Shown: positions 29,596-39,507, numbered from the stretch's first letter. The stretch: DNA of 60,915 nucleotides from Candidatus Thorarchaeota archaeon SMTZ1-45 (GCA_001563335.1 LRSL01000007.1:1-60915), one strand, 5' to 3'. Notes: a model not told the origin generated them from the letters alone. Numbers and translations: made by a program.

Positions 29596-31317
29596 TTACC
29601 TTCCCAAAATCTTACTTAAGACTCTAAGTATAGGGATACCAATTGAGAGAGCTTGATTCAAAGTCATTAGCCTAATGACTAGAATTCCAGCAATTCCACC
29701 AAGTAAAGATATTACTAGTGAAATTGGAATCGGAATCAACACAAGTATGTTTGAATTCAGTAATTGAATCAACCAACTCCACCCAAACAAACGAGGTCCT
29801 ATCCATGATGCTGACAATACGATTGAAAAACCAACAAGAAATCCAATAGTCATGGATTCACGTCCTGCTGTGACTCGACCTCCAAAGACCTTCATTGGAT
29901 TCATTAAGTTCTCTGGATCAAACCTCTTCTTCATAATCTTGAGTTTCTGAAAGCTCTGGCTACCATAGTACTTCTCTCCATGTCTACTATTCCAAAGACC
30001 AACTGCATATGGAAGTCCACCAAAACGTTCAGCTAGAGCTGCGATTCGGAATGATCTTTGCCAACCAACTGTGAATGATAGACTCTTTCTCTCGTCATCA
30101 AGAATCCAGACCATGAATGAAGTATTGCCATCATTGCTTAATGTTCCTTCAATAGCAACTTTAGATTTTCGAAGTTCTGCCTTTGTTTCCTCAAGGATAT
30201 CTGGAAGCATTTTCAGTGGTGCTAACATTTCAGCTGGCACAAGACTTGGTCCATGACGTTTAATTCTCAAAGGATACAATCTTTCGTTCCAGTAGAACCA
30301 GGCTCGGTTATCATCCAATCGTATTCCATTCGCTTCAGTTGTATAAGCTTGGATTATCTCAACATTATCTTCATTCTGATATATAGTATCTAAAAGGGCT
30401 CCAGTAAGAACATACTTTCCACTCTCCAATTCGATTCCATCTAGTGCTCTCAACTTTGATGTGTAATTGTCAGCTAGAAATCTCAGAAAATATGGTTGTA
30501 CATCTGAGATTATTCTAGTAGCCGCGTTCACCAAGTCTCTCATGCTGTCAAATGTGCATGCAAATGGTACAAGCTGAAGGTTAGGAATTGTCTTGAGAGT
30601 GACCTTAGTAATTATTCCAAGGGTTCCATATGTGCCTGTGATAAGTTTGGTTTCCTGTTCTGGAGTTCCAAATCCTGCATCTGAGAGTTCTTGACAAAGC
30701 CACTCGTTGCCTTTTTCCACTTTTTCCTGAATATAATCACTATTTGGATCTAAGAGTACTTTTCCTAGTCGTACAATTTTCCCATTGGGAAGAATCGCTT
30801 CAATTCCAAGTACTTGTTTCAATATATCTCCATGTCGAGTTGATCCTATACCAAGCCCGCCACTTGCAATAAATCCCCCAACAGTAGCTGCAGTAGCACT
30901 TGAAGGATATACTGGTAGTGTGAATCCAAGGCGTTCGAGAAAAGACAATAAATCTCTCCAAGTGATTCCGGTTTCTACCGTGACCGCCTGTTCGAACTCA
31001 TTGAAGTATAGAATAGCGGACATTTTGGACAGACTTACACATATGCCTCCTCTAGTTGGAATTGAACCTCCCCATCCTGATGTTCCATTTCCTCTAGGTA
31101 CTAGAGGTATCTTGTTATCGCGTGCATACCACACTAAATTTTGGAGTGAGAGAACATCAACAGGTTGAGTCACCACATCAAATTTCGGGCTTACAATCTG
31201 ATATGCAATATCGGGTAGGCTTGTAACGTCTTTTGAATAAATCATACAGGTTTCGTGAGTTGTTGACACATTGTCTGCTCCAACAATGTCCCCTATACGC
31301 ATCTCGTCAACCTTCAC
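29596..31317 (-). CDS. FAD-binding oxidoreductase (VAO/GlcD-like) with C-terminal membrane hairpin, paralog B
   Basis: PRGNGTSGWGG, YPSSATAATVGG, GTLGIITKV, NLMNPMKVF, two TM helices. Confidence 0.88.
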   Translation of the reverse strand: MKVDEMRIGDIVGADNVSTTHETCMIYSKDVTSLPDIAYQIVSPKFDVVTQPVDVLSLQNLVWYARDNKIPLVPRGNGTSGWGGSIPTRGGICVSLSKMSAILYFNEFEQAVTVETGITWRDLLSFLERLGFTLPVYPSSATAATVGGFIASGGLGIGSTRHGDILKQVLGIEAILPNGKIVRLGKVLLDPNSDYIQEKVEKGNEWLCQELSDAGFGTPEQETKLITGTYGTLGIITKVTLKTIPNLQLVPFACTFDSMRDLVNAATRIISDVQPYFLRFLADNYTSKLRALDGIELESGKYVLTGALLDTIYQNEDNVEIIQAYTTEANGIRLDDNRAWFYWNERLYPLRIKRHGPSLVPAEMLAPLKMLPDILEETKAELRKSKVAIEGTLSNDGNTSFMVWILDDERKSLSFTVGWQRSFRIAALAERFGGLPYAVGLWNSRHGEKYYGSQSFQKLKIMKKRFDPENLMNPMKVFGGRVTAGRESMTIGFLVGFSIVLSASWIGPRLFGWSWLIQLLNSNILVLIPIPISLVISLLGGIAGILVIRLMTLNQALSIGIPILRVLSKILGR

Positions 31318-32507
31318 TGGCCATTAACACCTCTAGAATCCTTCGGTAATAGAGAATTAGCTACAATCTGTGTGATATCTTGCACTTTCATATCATAACC
31401 TGTGGTGAACTTTGCTAAATCAAATGCAAGAATGCACCTAGGACACTCTGTTATAATTCGTGAGGCTGGAGTCACAGTTGCATCTCGTAAACGCATCTCT
31501 GCAATTCTTGATGAGAGAACGGGATCAACAACATTAAGCAGACCATGTGCTCCACAACATCGAGTATTCTGTCTAGATGGAGTCATTTCAACTTTGTATA
31601 TCCCTGGTATGTCCTCGATGATTTCTCTCGGCTCTTCAGTTGCTTTTAGTACTCGTGCAGCTATGCATGGATCATGATAGGTCACAGTCACCATAGGTTG
31701 TTCTTCGAATTTGAGTCGGCCCTCTCTGATAAGACGGTTGATGAACTGAGAGGTAGTTAACAGTTCCAAGCCGTTCTCTTCCTGAAGATACATGCTATAT
31801 TCTGACCAAGTATGGATACAAGAAGGACAACTAAAGACGACTGTTTCTACTCCAAGATTGCGAATAACCTCAAGGTTCTTTTCAGCCATCTCGTTAATAC
31901 CCTCAAAATTGCCCGCCCAACCCAAAGGTGCCCCACAGCAGGTTTCCTTGTCTGCAAGTAGTGTATAGTCTACATCTGCATGTTCCATTATTTTTACCAT
32001 TGATCTAGCAACATCATGAAGTTGTGACTTTAGAGAAACATTACAACCTAGAAAGTAGGCAACTTTTGCTTGTTTGAGGACTCGATTCTTTACAGATTCC
32101 TCAATATCTTCCATCCATAGAAGCCTATCAGCAGAACCCATCCACATTATATCGCCTTTGGATTTTACAGAGTCAAGTACAAACTTTGCAGGCTCTGGTA
32201 GAAGTCCACGATCTCTTACTTCAGCACGGGTAAACTCCCAAAATCGATCAAGACTAATTCCAGTTGTACAGACAGATGTACAATGCTCACAAAGATTACA
32301 AAGGAAAATTTTGTTTGCGAAATCTTCTCCAAAAACTCCTTCGCCTTCGATGATTGATTTTACAATGTGCAATTTTCCTCTAGGGCCATAAGACTCCCAT
32401 TTCAGGTCTCGAAATACTGGACAGACAAGTGTACAATTACCACATGAGGCACAGACATATGGTTCATCTTCCTGCCCATACCTTTGTAGGAAGTCCATCT
32501 TGGTCAT
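31314..32507 (-). CDS. Fe-S/CCG oxidoreductase (GlcF/HdrD-like), paralog B
   Basis: CASCGNCTLVCP, CNLCEHCTSVC, TCCG..CPSC, HDPC..RCCG..CPRC. Confidence 0.92.
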   Translation of the reverse strand: MTKMDFLQRYGQEDEPYVCASCGNCTLVCPVFRDLKWESYGPRGKLHIVKSIIEGEGVFGEDFANKIFLCNLCEHCTSVCTTGISLDRFWEFTRAEVRDRGLLPEPAKFVLDSVKSKGDIMWMGSADRLLWMEDIEESVKNRVLKQAKVAYFLGCNVSLKSQLHDVARSMVKIMEHADVDYTLLADKETCCGAPLGWAGNFEGINEMAEKNLEVIRNLGVETVVFSCPSCIHTWSEYSMYLQEENGLELLTTSQFINRLIREGRLKFEEQPMVTVTYHDPCIAARVLKATEEPREIIEDIPGIYKVEMTPSRQNTRCCGAHGLLNVVDPVLSSRIAEMRLRDATVTPASRIITECPRCILAFDLAKFTTGYDMKVQDITQIVANSLLPKDSRGVNGQ

Positions 32508-32561
32508 CTATAGTTCACCATAGATTGATGACTGTTCTAAACTATAAGAACTGGAGTAAAT

Positions 32562-32597
32562 AGTTATGCTAGGGGCACTTTCGCCATTTGCATAACT
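32562..32597. terminator. inverted repeat between 32613..33956 and 31314..32507
   Basis: AGTTATGC(32562-69)/GCATAACT(32590-97) with inner GGC/GCC. Confidence 0.4.
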
Positions 32598-32612
32598 CTT
32601 TTGAAATCAGAC

Positions 32613-33956
32613 TTACTTTAAGTCTTCAATCATCTCTCCGGCACAAGCAATACCTGATCTTGATGCAGCTTCCATCGAAGCATAGTACATGTCACAGTTT
32701 GCATATTCACCTGCAACATAGAGGCCCTCAATACCTGTGCGGTTAGTTGTAAGACGATCATCCATGATTCCAGGAGCTTGCTTAAGAAGCGATTTCCAGA
32801 TCTTCCAGCTCTTTTTCCATGTGACCTTATCTTTTACTCCAGGAATGAGAATCTCAAGCTCATCTAAGATTGCTGCTGTTGCCTCTTCATCACTCATCTT
32901 GAGAAGCTCTTTATCTATACCTGTAACCGTCAAAAGAGACTCTCCAATTGGTGCTAAAACACCGGAAACCCTCTTTGCTTCAGCTACAATATTGATTTTC
33001 CTACCTGGTACGAACGCTCCAACATTGAAATCTAGGACTCGTGATTTCAGTCCAAAATACGCTACAGTACTTGGAGTATATTCAAACTTCTTTGCTTTTT
33101 CACTGAACTCCTTTGGTAGTTCGCTCATCTTGATAAAGTTTGGCAAGAGATCGATTGGAGTTGATAACACGACTGCATCAGTCTTCATGTGCTTACTCTC
33201 GCCGTCTTGCTCATAATCAACACCAACAACTTTCCCATCTTCAATTATCACTTGATTCACTGCACAGTTTACCTGTGGTTCAACGCCAAAGTTTCTAGCT
33301 TGCAACATAAGTGTATATGCAACACTGCCAAGACCTCCTCTCTCTGGGTACATAGCACTAAATCCGTCTTCATAGGCAAACCGTAGGTGTTCAGAGTAAA
33401 GATACTGTCCAGCAGACACTTCATCTGGCTGCATGAATGTTACAGTCTTAATCAGGGGTTCATAGAACTCATTCTGAATGGTTTCAGGAATCTTCTTGTC
33501 TTCAGCATATTCTGAGAAGGTCATCTCATCGAGTTCTTTGAACTCCTCTTTTGACCTCTTGATGTTCTCTTGAACAAGAAGTCCCAGCTTTGCTCTATCG
33601 CCTGCAGGTAATAAACCGAACTTAGCTAGTTCGACAGCTGATTTACGAATGATGTGTCTTTCACCATCCTTCAACCAGACAGCTCCTTCCCCAACAGTGG
33701 TCATCTTTACTCCACTTCTCTCCAAAATCGGAATTAGCGATTTGAAACCACCAACGAAGAAGTGCAAACCTTGATCAAAGACATATCCAGATTCAGTATA
33801 TGACCTTGCTCGGCCTCCAACAGTCTTCTCTTTCTCAAGGATTGTACATCGCGCCTTGAGACCCTTCAATTCAAGTGCACAGCTGAATCCTGCGATTCCA
33901 CCACCAACGATGACAACACGGGTGCCTCTTTCTTTACTCATAGGTAACATCTCCAT
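32613..33956 (-). CDS. FAD-dependent oxidoreductase, phytoene desaturase/HpnE/amine oxidase superfamily
   Basis: GGGIAG..LEKE..GGRARS, FDQGLH, GLYVAGEY...ASMEAASRSG. Confidence 0.85.
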   Translation of the reverse strand: MEMLPMSKERGTRVVIVGGGIAGFSCALELKGLKARCTILEKEKTVGGRARSYTESGYVFDQGLHFFVGGFKSLIPILERSGVKMTTVGEGAVWLKDGERHIIRKSAVELAKFGLLPAGDRAKLGLLVQENIKRSKEEFKELDEMTFSEYAEDKKIPETIQNEFYEPLIKTVTFMQPDEVSAGQYLYSEHLRFAYEDGFSAMYPERGGLGSVAYTLMLQARNFGVEPQVNCAVNQVIIEDGKVVGVDYEQDGESKHMKTDAVVLSTPIDLLPNFIKMSELPKEFSEKAKKFEYTPSTVAYFGLKSRVLDFNVGAFVPGRKINIVAEAKRVSGVLAPIGESLLTVTGIDKELLKMSDEEATAAILDELEILIPGVKDKVTWKKSWKIWKSLLKQAPGIMDDRLTTNRTGIEGLYVAGEYANCDMYYASMEAASRSGIACAGEMIEDLK

Positions 33957-33976
33957 TTTCTTCTTGTTAATTCTTC

Positions 33977-35101
33977 CTACTCCTCCACCTGAGAGGATCG
34001 AGCCTTGTCAAGAATGAGCTCGTCTAGCTGAATTACCTCTAGATTTGTTTCCCTTGCGTTGTAACTCAGATTCTTGTAGCACGACACACAAGTCGTGATG
34101 ATTCCATCTACATCTAATTCCTCTGCTTCAGCAACTCGCCGTCTTCCAACAGACTCAGAAAGGTCTGGATCTAACACTGTGAGGAACCCACCACAGCAGT
34201 TTGAATTTGCACGATTATTCTTCATCTCTACAAATTCAAGACCAGGGATCGCTTTGATTATCTCTCGTGGAGGTTCATAAATTCCAAGTGCTCTTCCTAG
34301 ATGGCAACTATCGTGGAATGTGTATCTGCCTTCAAGCCCTTCGAAAGTAAGTACTCCATTTTTCACCATATCCGCCAACACCTCTACTGTGTGGTGTATC
34401 TTGATATCAAAATCAGGAATGACGTGAGGATAATGTTCTGCAAGAGTACCATAACATCCTCCGCAACCAGTGACGATGTGTTCTACGCCAGCCTTCTTAA
34501 ACATCTCATAGTTCTTACGAACTACTTCTGAAAATCCCTTGTCATCACCCGCCCAATAGTTGAATAGACCACAACACACTTCACTCGGAATATAACCAGC
34601 ATTGATTTTTAATTTATGAAGCATATCAACAACAGTTTCTGGTTGGTCTGGATACCAAAATGAACCCATGCATCCAGAGAAGATGGCTGTATTTGATTCA
34701 GGAGGTAGTTCTAGATCTTCAGCCCAAATAGTTCTGTCATCAGATTCATAACCTATGAATGGCGTACCCTCTTTCTCAATCCAATCAAGGACTTTCTTAA
34801 GTGGTTCTGACATCTCTGCTCCAGTTTTCAGAAGTTGGCTCTTCGCGTCATGCCAAATATCTGTGACAGGTACTCCTGCAGGACAGATAGCTTCGCAACG
34901 TCGACAGTCTGCGCAATAGAGTCTCTGTAGAAGTTCTACCGGTGGATTTCGCATCTTTGTCGCATATGCTCGCAGTGCTCGTAATTTACCTCCAGGGCTA
35001 TCAAGCTCAGATTTGAGCTCGATATACATTGGACAAGTGTCTCTGCAGTAATTGCATGAGCCACAGCTTCTTAGTATCTCTGCTAAATTATCGATATTCA
35101 T
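33977..35101 (-). CDS. Fe-S/CCG oxidoreductase (GlcF/HdrD-like), paralog C
   Basis: CGSCNYCRDTCP, CADCRRCEAICP, VCCG..CGGC, HDSC..NCCG..CVSC. Confidence 0.92.
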   Translation of the reverse strand: MNIDNLAEILRSCGSCNYCRDTCPMYIELKSELDSPGGKLRALRAYATKMRNPPVELLQRLYCADCRRCEAICPAGVPVTDIWHDAKSQLLKTGAEMSEPLKKVLDWIEKEGTPFIGYESDDRTIWAEDLELPPESNTAIFSGCMGSFWYPDQPETVVDMLHKLKINAGYIPSEVCCGLFNYWAGDDKGFSEVVRKNYEMFKKAGVEHIVTGCGGCYGTLAEHYPHVIPDFDIKIHHTVEVLADMVKNGVLTFEGLEGRYTFHDSCHLGRALGIYEPPREIIKAIPGLEFVEMKNNRANSNCCGGFLTVLDPDLSESVGRRRVAEAEELDVDGIITTCVSCYKNLSYNARETNLEVIQLDELILDKARSSQVEE

Positions 35102-35110
35102 TGTAACACC

Positions 35111-36568
35111 TTACCTACCAACATATCGTGAAAGCCGCCGGAACGCGGTGGCTAATGCAAAAAGTACATCTATTCTCCTGAATGAAGTCAAACAACTAGT
35201 GACCCTGTCTGGATTCATTATTCCATCAGGATCCCACTTCTGTTTTGCTTCCTGCATCTTGATTAATCGATCTGGATATGCACGTGACATGTATATGGAA
35301 TTCTGAAGTCCAATTGTATACGGTGCACCTCCAGCTTTGATAGCTTTCTTCATCATCTTGTGTAAGATTCCTTTACTTGAAATGAACTTGAGATACTGAG
35401 CTGCGTCTATCATCGCCATTAGCTCAAGTCGCATTTCTTCAGATGTTCCAAGCATCCCAAACCACAGTGCAGGAATCTTGTGCGATTTTCGGTATGATTC
35501 ATATGCTGAGAGCATTTCGAACACTTTACTGGTTGGTACCCATAATTCCTGAAACATCAGAGTTTCTGTGTGTTCCTTTGGATTGAATTCTGCATCATAT
35601 CTTAGATTCCATTCTTTTTCGGAGAATTCATCCCCCAGATAGACTCCTCCATTGTTTCCCGTAATAGATCTTAACTCATCCCTTGGGATTTCCTGTGAAG
35701 AATCTATATAGCTAGCTGTAAGCACAAACCTTCCATTTTCAAGAGGATTGCTGTACCTCTGTAGCTCTTTATCTGCAATCTTTAGATAGATTGGTTTCTT
35801 CTCAAGTCGTGCGATTTCAGTCACAGAAGCGCATAGACCTTCTAATGAACGGAATCCATAGCTGAATGATTTGTAACCACTTACAGTCTCATGCACTTGG
35901 AGCTTTATCTCAAAAATCACGCCAAGAATACCATATGAATGTAAAAAGAAATCAATGTCATTTCCCTCAATAACATGGATTTCTCCATTTCCACCTATTA
36001 TTGACAATGATAGAATATGGTTTCCAAGTGATCCGTAGAAGGGAGTTCCAATACCTCCTCTGCCACCACAAGCTATCCAGCCACCAATCACTGCAGATTT
36101 TGCACTTGATGGATAGATGCCTAAAGAAAGACCTTCCTTTCCAAGAGTTTCTTCAAGTCGCTCAAATGTCACTCCTGGTTCTATTCTGACAAACATTTTT
36201 TCCTTGTTGATTTCGAGAATCCTGTTCATGGGTTTGATATCGAGAGATATCCCTCCACGACTAGGACAAGAGGAACTCATGCAGCTGGATGCGCCACCTC
36301 GAGGCACAACAGGGATACTGTGTTCTCGAGCGATTTTTAGTATCCTTTCAATCTCATCTATATTTTCAACTCGAACCACATAATCAGCAAGATACTTCAT
36401 TTTCCATCTATAATGGTATTGGGGTAATACTGCAGGGTCTCCACTATAGACAACGCGTTCAAGCTCAGAATCAGATACTCTCTCTGGACCGACAACTTCT
36501 GCGAGTTTGTCGATTATTGCTACTTTCTTATCGATTGAATCAGGATTAATTACTTCTGTTTCTGTCAT
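35111..36568 (-). CDS. FAD-binding oxidoreductase (VAO/GlcD-like), paralog C (divergent, no TM hairpin)
   Basis: PRGGASS, YPSSAKSAVIGG, WDPDGIMNP; ATG 36568 preceded by GAGGTGA. Confidence 0.88.
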   Translation of the reverse strand: MTETEVINPDSIDKKVAIIDKLAEVVGPERVSDSELERVVYSGDPAVLPQYHYRWKMKYLADYVVRVENIDEIERILKIAREHSIPVVPRGGASSCMSSSCPSRGGISLDIKPMNRILEINKEKMFVRIEPGVTFERLEETLGKEGLSLGIYPSSAKSAVIGGWIACGGRGGIGTPFYGSLGNHILSLSIIGGNGEIHVIEGNDIDFFLHSYGILGVIFEIKLQVHETVSGYKSFSYGFRSLEGLCASVTEIARLEKKPIYLKIADKELQRYSNPLENGRFVLTASYIDSSQEIPRDELRSITGNNGGVYLGDEFSEKEWNLRYDAEFNPKEHTETLMFQELWVPTSKVFEMLSAYESYRKSHKIPALWFGMLGTSEEMRLELMAMIDAAQYLKFISSKGILHKMMKKAIKAGGAPYTIGLQNSIYMSRAYPDRLIKMQEAKQKWDPDGIMNPDRVTSCLTSFRRIDVLFALATAFRRLSRYVGR

Positions 36569-36578
36569 CTTGATCACC

Positions 36579-37790
36579 TCACGGAACAAAGACTTCCCCT
36601 AGATAGATGCCCATGATTCCAAGTATTGTCCAAAGTACGACTGCTGGAAGTCCAAGATTACATGTCTTCCATCCACCAAGATGAGTTAAGAAGGCAAGAG
36701 AACCAAGAATCATGCTCACGATTCCAAGCCAGACATGCCAAGCATGCATGAACAACAGCATGTTACTTATGTCAATCAAGAATGCAGGATTCATGACACT
36801 CCAGGTACCTGCAGGCTCCATGAAAAGGCTAAGTACGTTTATCGTTGTCAGAATATACGCAAAGCTGAGCATTATACCATGAATTCTTGTGAAACGTTCT
36901 TCATCATAATATTCGAGAGCTGTCCCAACATACGCCAAAACAAGCGCAGGGCCTCCAAGTAACCAACCATAATGAAACTGTGGTAGTTCTATAGGTTCAA
37001 CAGGAATTTGACCGACGACATAAGATAAAGTCACACTTACACTCTCAGTCCCTGAGGTGTCCATAGCGACTATTCGCCAGAGCACTTCCTGACTATTCTG
37101 AAATCCAGGAATTGCCCCGGTATAAACGCCTGCTTCTGCTGTTTCAGTCATACTGACATTATTCCAGGTGGCACCACTATCAGTACTATATTGGAGTCGC
37201 ACATATGTAATCGTATCTGCTGAAGTAACAGAAACTGTAACTGTGAAAGCTTCGTTCGCTTGTGGGACCTGTGGTGTTGTTGTGGGAGCCCCAATTGATG
37301 GGCCAGGACCTGCTTGGACAACATTGACAGTTATTGATGTGCTAGTCGAATAAGGAGTATGTTGAGCCGCAAAGATGGTCAATGTATATGTATCAGCAAA
37401 TGAGGGAGCTGTTATGTTGTAGAATGTATGGATGGCGTTATCAGCTGCATTAAGATCTAATGCATCATTATCAGACACCAATCCTGGATCATCTGCATTT
37501 AACGGTATTTGAATCATGAATTCATCATTGTCTGCTACTTGACTAGGAATTCTTAGTACGAAAACATCTTGTTCAGCACGACCAGTGGCAGTCACCTCAA
37601 CTTGGAATGTTTCTCCTGGAGCAACGTCGATTGATGTGATTGCACTTATTGACAAATTTGTTGAATCATCGTGACATACTGAAGAACAATTACTCTCAGC
37701 GTCCCTATTAGCATAAACATTGCTGGCTGCTAGCATAACAATAATTGCCGCAGCAAAAATGACAAGTCCGATTCTGACGCGTCGTTTCAT
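36579..37790 (-). CDS. secreted CX3CH domain + Ig-like domain + C-terminal His-containing TM bundle (cytochrome b561-like)
   Basis: Signal peptide, NCSSVCH, beta-rich repeats, C-terminal TMs with RIHGIML, MHAWHVWLG, THLG. Confidence 0.7.
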   Translation of the reverse strand: MKRRVRIGLVIFAAAIIVMLAASNVYANRDAESNCSSVCHDDSTNLSISAITSIDVAPGETFQVEVTATGRAEQDVFVLRIPSQVADNDEFMIQIPLNADDPGLVSDNDALDLNAADNAIHTFYNITAPSFADTYTLTIFAAQHTPYSTSTSITVNVVQAGPGPSIGAPTTTPQVPQANEAFTVTVSVTSADTITYVRLQYSTDSGATWNNVSMTETAEAGVYTGAIPGFQNSQEVLWRIVAMDTSGTESVSVTLSYVVGQIPVEPIELPQFHYGWLLGGPALVLAYVGTALEYYDEERFTRIHGIMLSFAYILTTINVLSLFMEPAGTWSVMNPAFLIDISNMLLFMHAWHVWLGIVSMILGSLAFLTHLGGWKTCNLGLPAVVLWTILGIMGIYLGEVFVP

Positions 37791-37914
37791 ATAATATTCT
37801 CCGAATCATATATCGTCGGGATTATCGCAGATATATCTCCTGGATAATTGAAGTCGCCTGTAAACGACCCTGCTTAAAATGTTACGGAATGGAATAATAT
37901 GTATAGCTAAGCAT

Positions 37915-38075
37915 TTTATTTTAGTTACAAATATCAACTTATTTTAGAAGTTTCAAAAGTATTTGTAACCCCATTTACAATGTTTCCCTACAGATATTAT
38001 ACAACTAGCTACAATTATCAATCATCTGTAACCAATATATTACATATTGTAAGAAGAAGCTAACAATTATAGCTA
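37915..38075. promoter_or_regulatory. divergent promoter region with multiple (G/C/T)TACA-based repeats and the palindrome TTACATATTGTAA
   Basis: GTTACAAATAT, CTACAGATAT, GCTACAATTAT, reverse GTTACAAATA and GTTACAGATG, TTACATATTGTAA (38040-52), GCTAACAATTAT. Confidence 0.5.
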
Positions 38076-38106
38076 TCAAAGGGAACATATTTTTATTGGA
38101 TTTATT

Positions 38107-39507
38107 GTGGAAATTACAAACCATAATCTATGGACAATGGTGAAAAAACCTATGGTGTACTACACTGAAGAGACCCCAGGGGTCAATAAGCGGTTGGTAG
38201 CAGGTTATTACCTGTTCCTCTGCTTAATCGGTTTCGCCATTCTCCTAGGACCGACCGGATCCGGAATTCCAATCACCTTGGTTGGAAATGAGATCCGCGA
38301 TGAGCATTATGTCGCAACTCCAAACCTTGGAACTGATCCGAGCGATTGTGTTGGTTGTCATGATAACGAATACAATAATTGGAGCACAACTGCTCATGCA
38401 ACTCACATGTATACCAATGGTACTCATGTGAGGATTGGTGCCTATGCATGGTTTGCAGCGGCTTTCTTCAACAGTTCATGCTCTGAGTGTCACACAAGTG
38501 GATGGGATAACTCCACTGGAACCCCAACATACGATGCACTTGGAGTCAACTGTTTTGCATGTCACACAGGCGACCCAGTTGTGGATTATTCTGGCGATGC
38601 ATGTGCACCATGTCACCTACCAAGTGGCGAGGAGCACCCACACCAGATGACCGCATGGGAGAACTCTGCTCACGCCAATTCTCTAACGGATCTGAGGTCA
38701 AGTGATCATGCTGCATCGTATTGTATGCACTGCATGTCCACTGAAGGTTTTATTGACCAACAAGCTGGTGGTCATGCTACTTTCGAACCAACTGATGACG
38801 TTAACGCTGTTAGCTGCCCTGCTTGTCATGCAGTTCACGCAAACTGGTCTTCAACTGAAGGTCAGCTACGTGCAAACAGTCCAACCGACCTTTGTGGGCT
38901 TTGCCACGTCGGTGAACGTCATACAACCTACCAGACTTGGACCGGTGGTCCACATGCTCTGGCTGGCGTCGACTGTATTGACTGCCATGGCTATGATGTA
39001 GCACCTGGTGACAATGAATTCCTCAACCACACTTTCCTTGTCAATCTAGACAAGGCTTGCGGTCAGAGTGAAGAATGTCACAAAGGACTAGAAGATTGGG
39101 CAATCGATCAACTCGAAACCTATCAGGCTTCATATGAAGACCTGACAGCTGAGATTGAAGCTGAGGTTGCAGCATTCAAGCCTATCGTATTGGCATACAA
39201 TGACACAGCTGATGCTGACCACGACTTAGTTGATGAAGTCTTGGCTTATGTTGATGCAGCTGCTGATTTGGTGTCCTATTACGATAATGATGGATCATCT
39301 GGATTCCATCATCCTCACCAGATATTTGGTGAGCTGAATGCAGCTTTTGCTGATCTTCTAGATGCTAAGGCGCATTTCTACGAGATGACTGGTGCTGGAA
39401 CTACTCCACCTCCAGTTCAAGCAGATACGCTTATCATCGTGGCTGGAGCTGCAGGTGGAATCGTTGTTGGCCTACTCCTAGGAGTTTTGGTTGGCAGACG
39501 TCGTTAG
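38107..39507 (+). CDS. surface-anchored multiheme cytochrome c (7 CxxCH + CxxCM + CX5CH), with NrfA/HAO-like helical C-terminal domain
   Basis: CVGCH, CSECH, CFACH, CAPCH, CMHCM, CPACH, CGLCH, CIDCH, CGQSEECH; DGSSGFHHP; TTPPP-TM-RRR tail; true start may be downstream (e.g. 38152). Confidence 0.92.
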   Translation: MEITNHNLWTMVKKPMVYYTEETPGVNKRLVAGYYLFLCLIGFAILLGPTGSGIPITLVGNEIRDEHYVATPNLGTDPSDCVGCHDNEYNNWSTTAHATHMYTNGTHVRIGAYAWFAAAFFNSSCSECHTSGWDNSTGTPTYDALGVNCFACHTGDPVVDYSGDACAPCHLPSGEEHPHQMTAWENSAHANSLTDLRSSDHAASYCMHCMSTEGFIDQQAGGHATFEPTDDVNAVSCPACHAVHANWSSTEGQLRANSPTDLCGLCHVGERHTTYQTWTGGPHALAGVDCIDCHGYDVAPGDNEFLNHTFLVNLDKACGQSEECHKGLEDWAIDQLETYQASYEDLTAEIEAEVAAFKPIVLAYNDTADADHDLVDEVLAYVDAAADLVSYYDNDGSSGFHHPHQIFGELNAAFADLLDAKAHFYEMTGAGTTPPPVQADTLIIVAGAAGGIVVGLLLGVLVGRRR

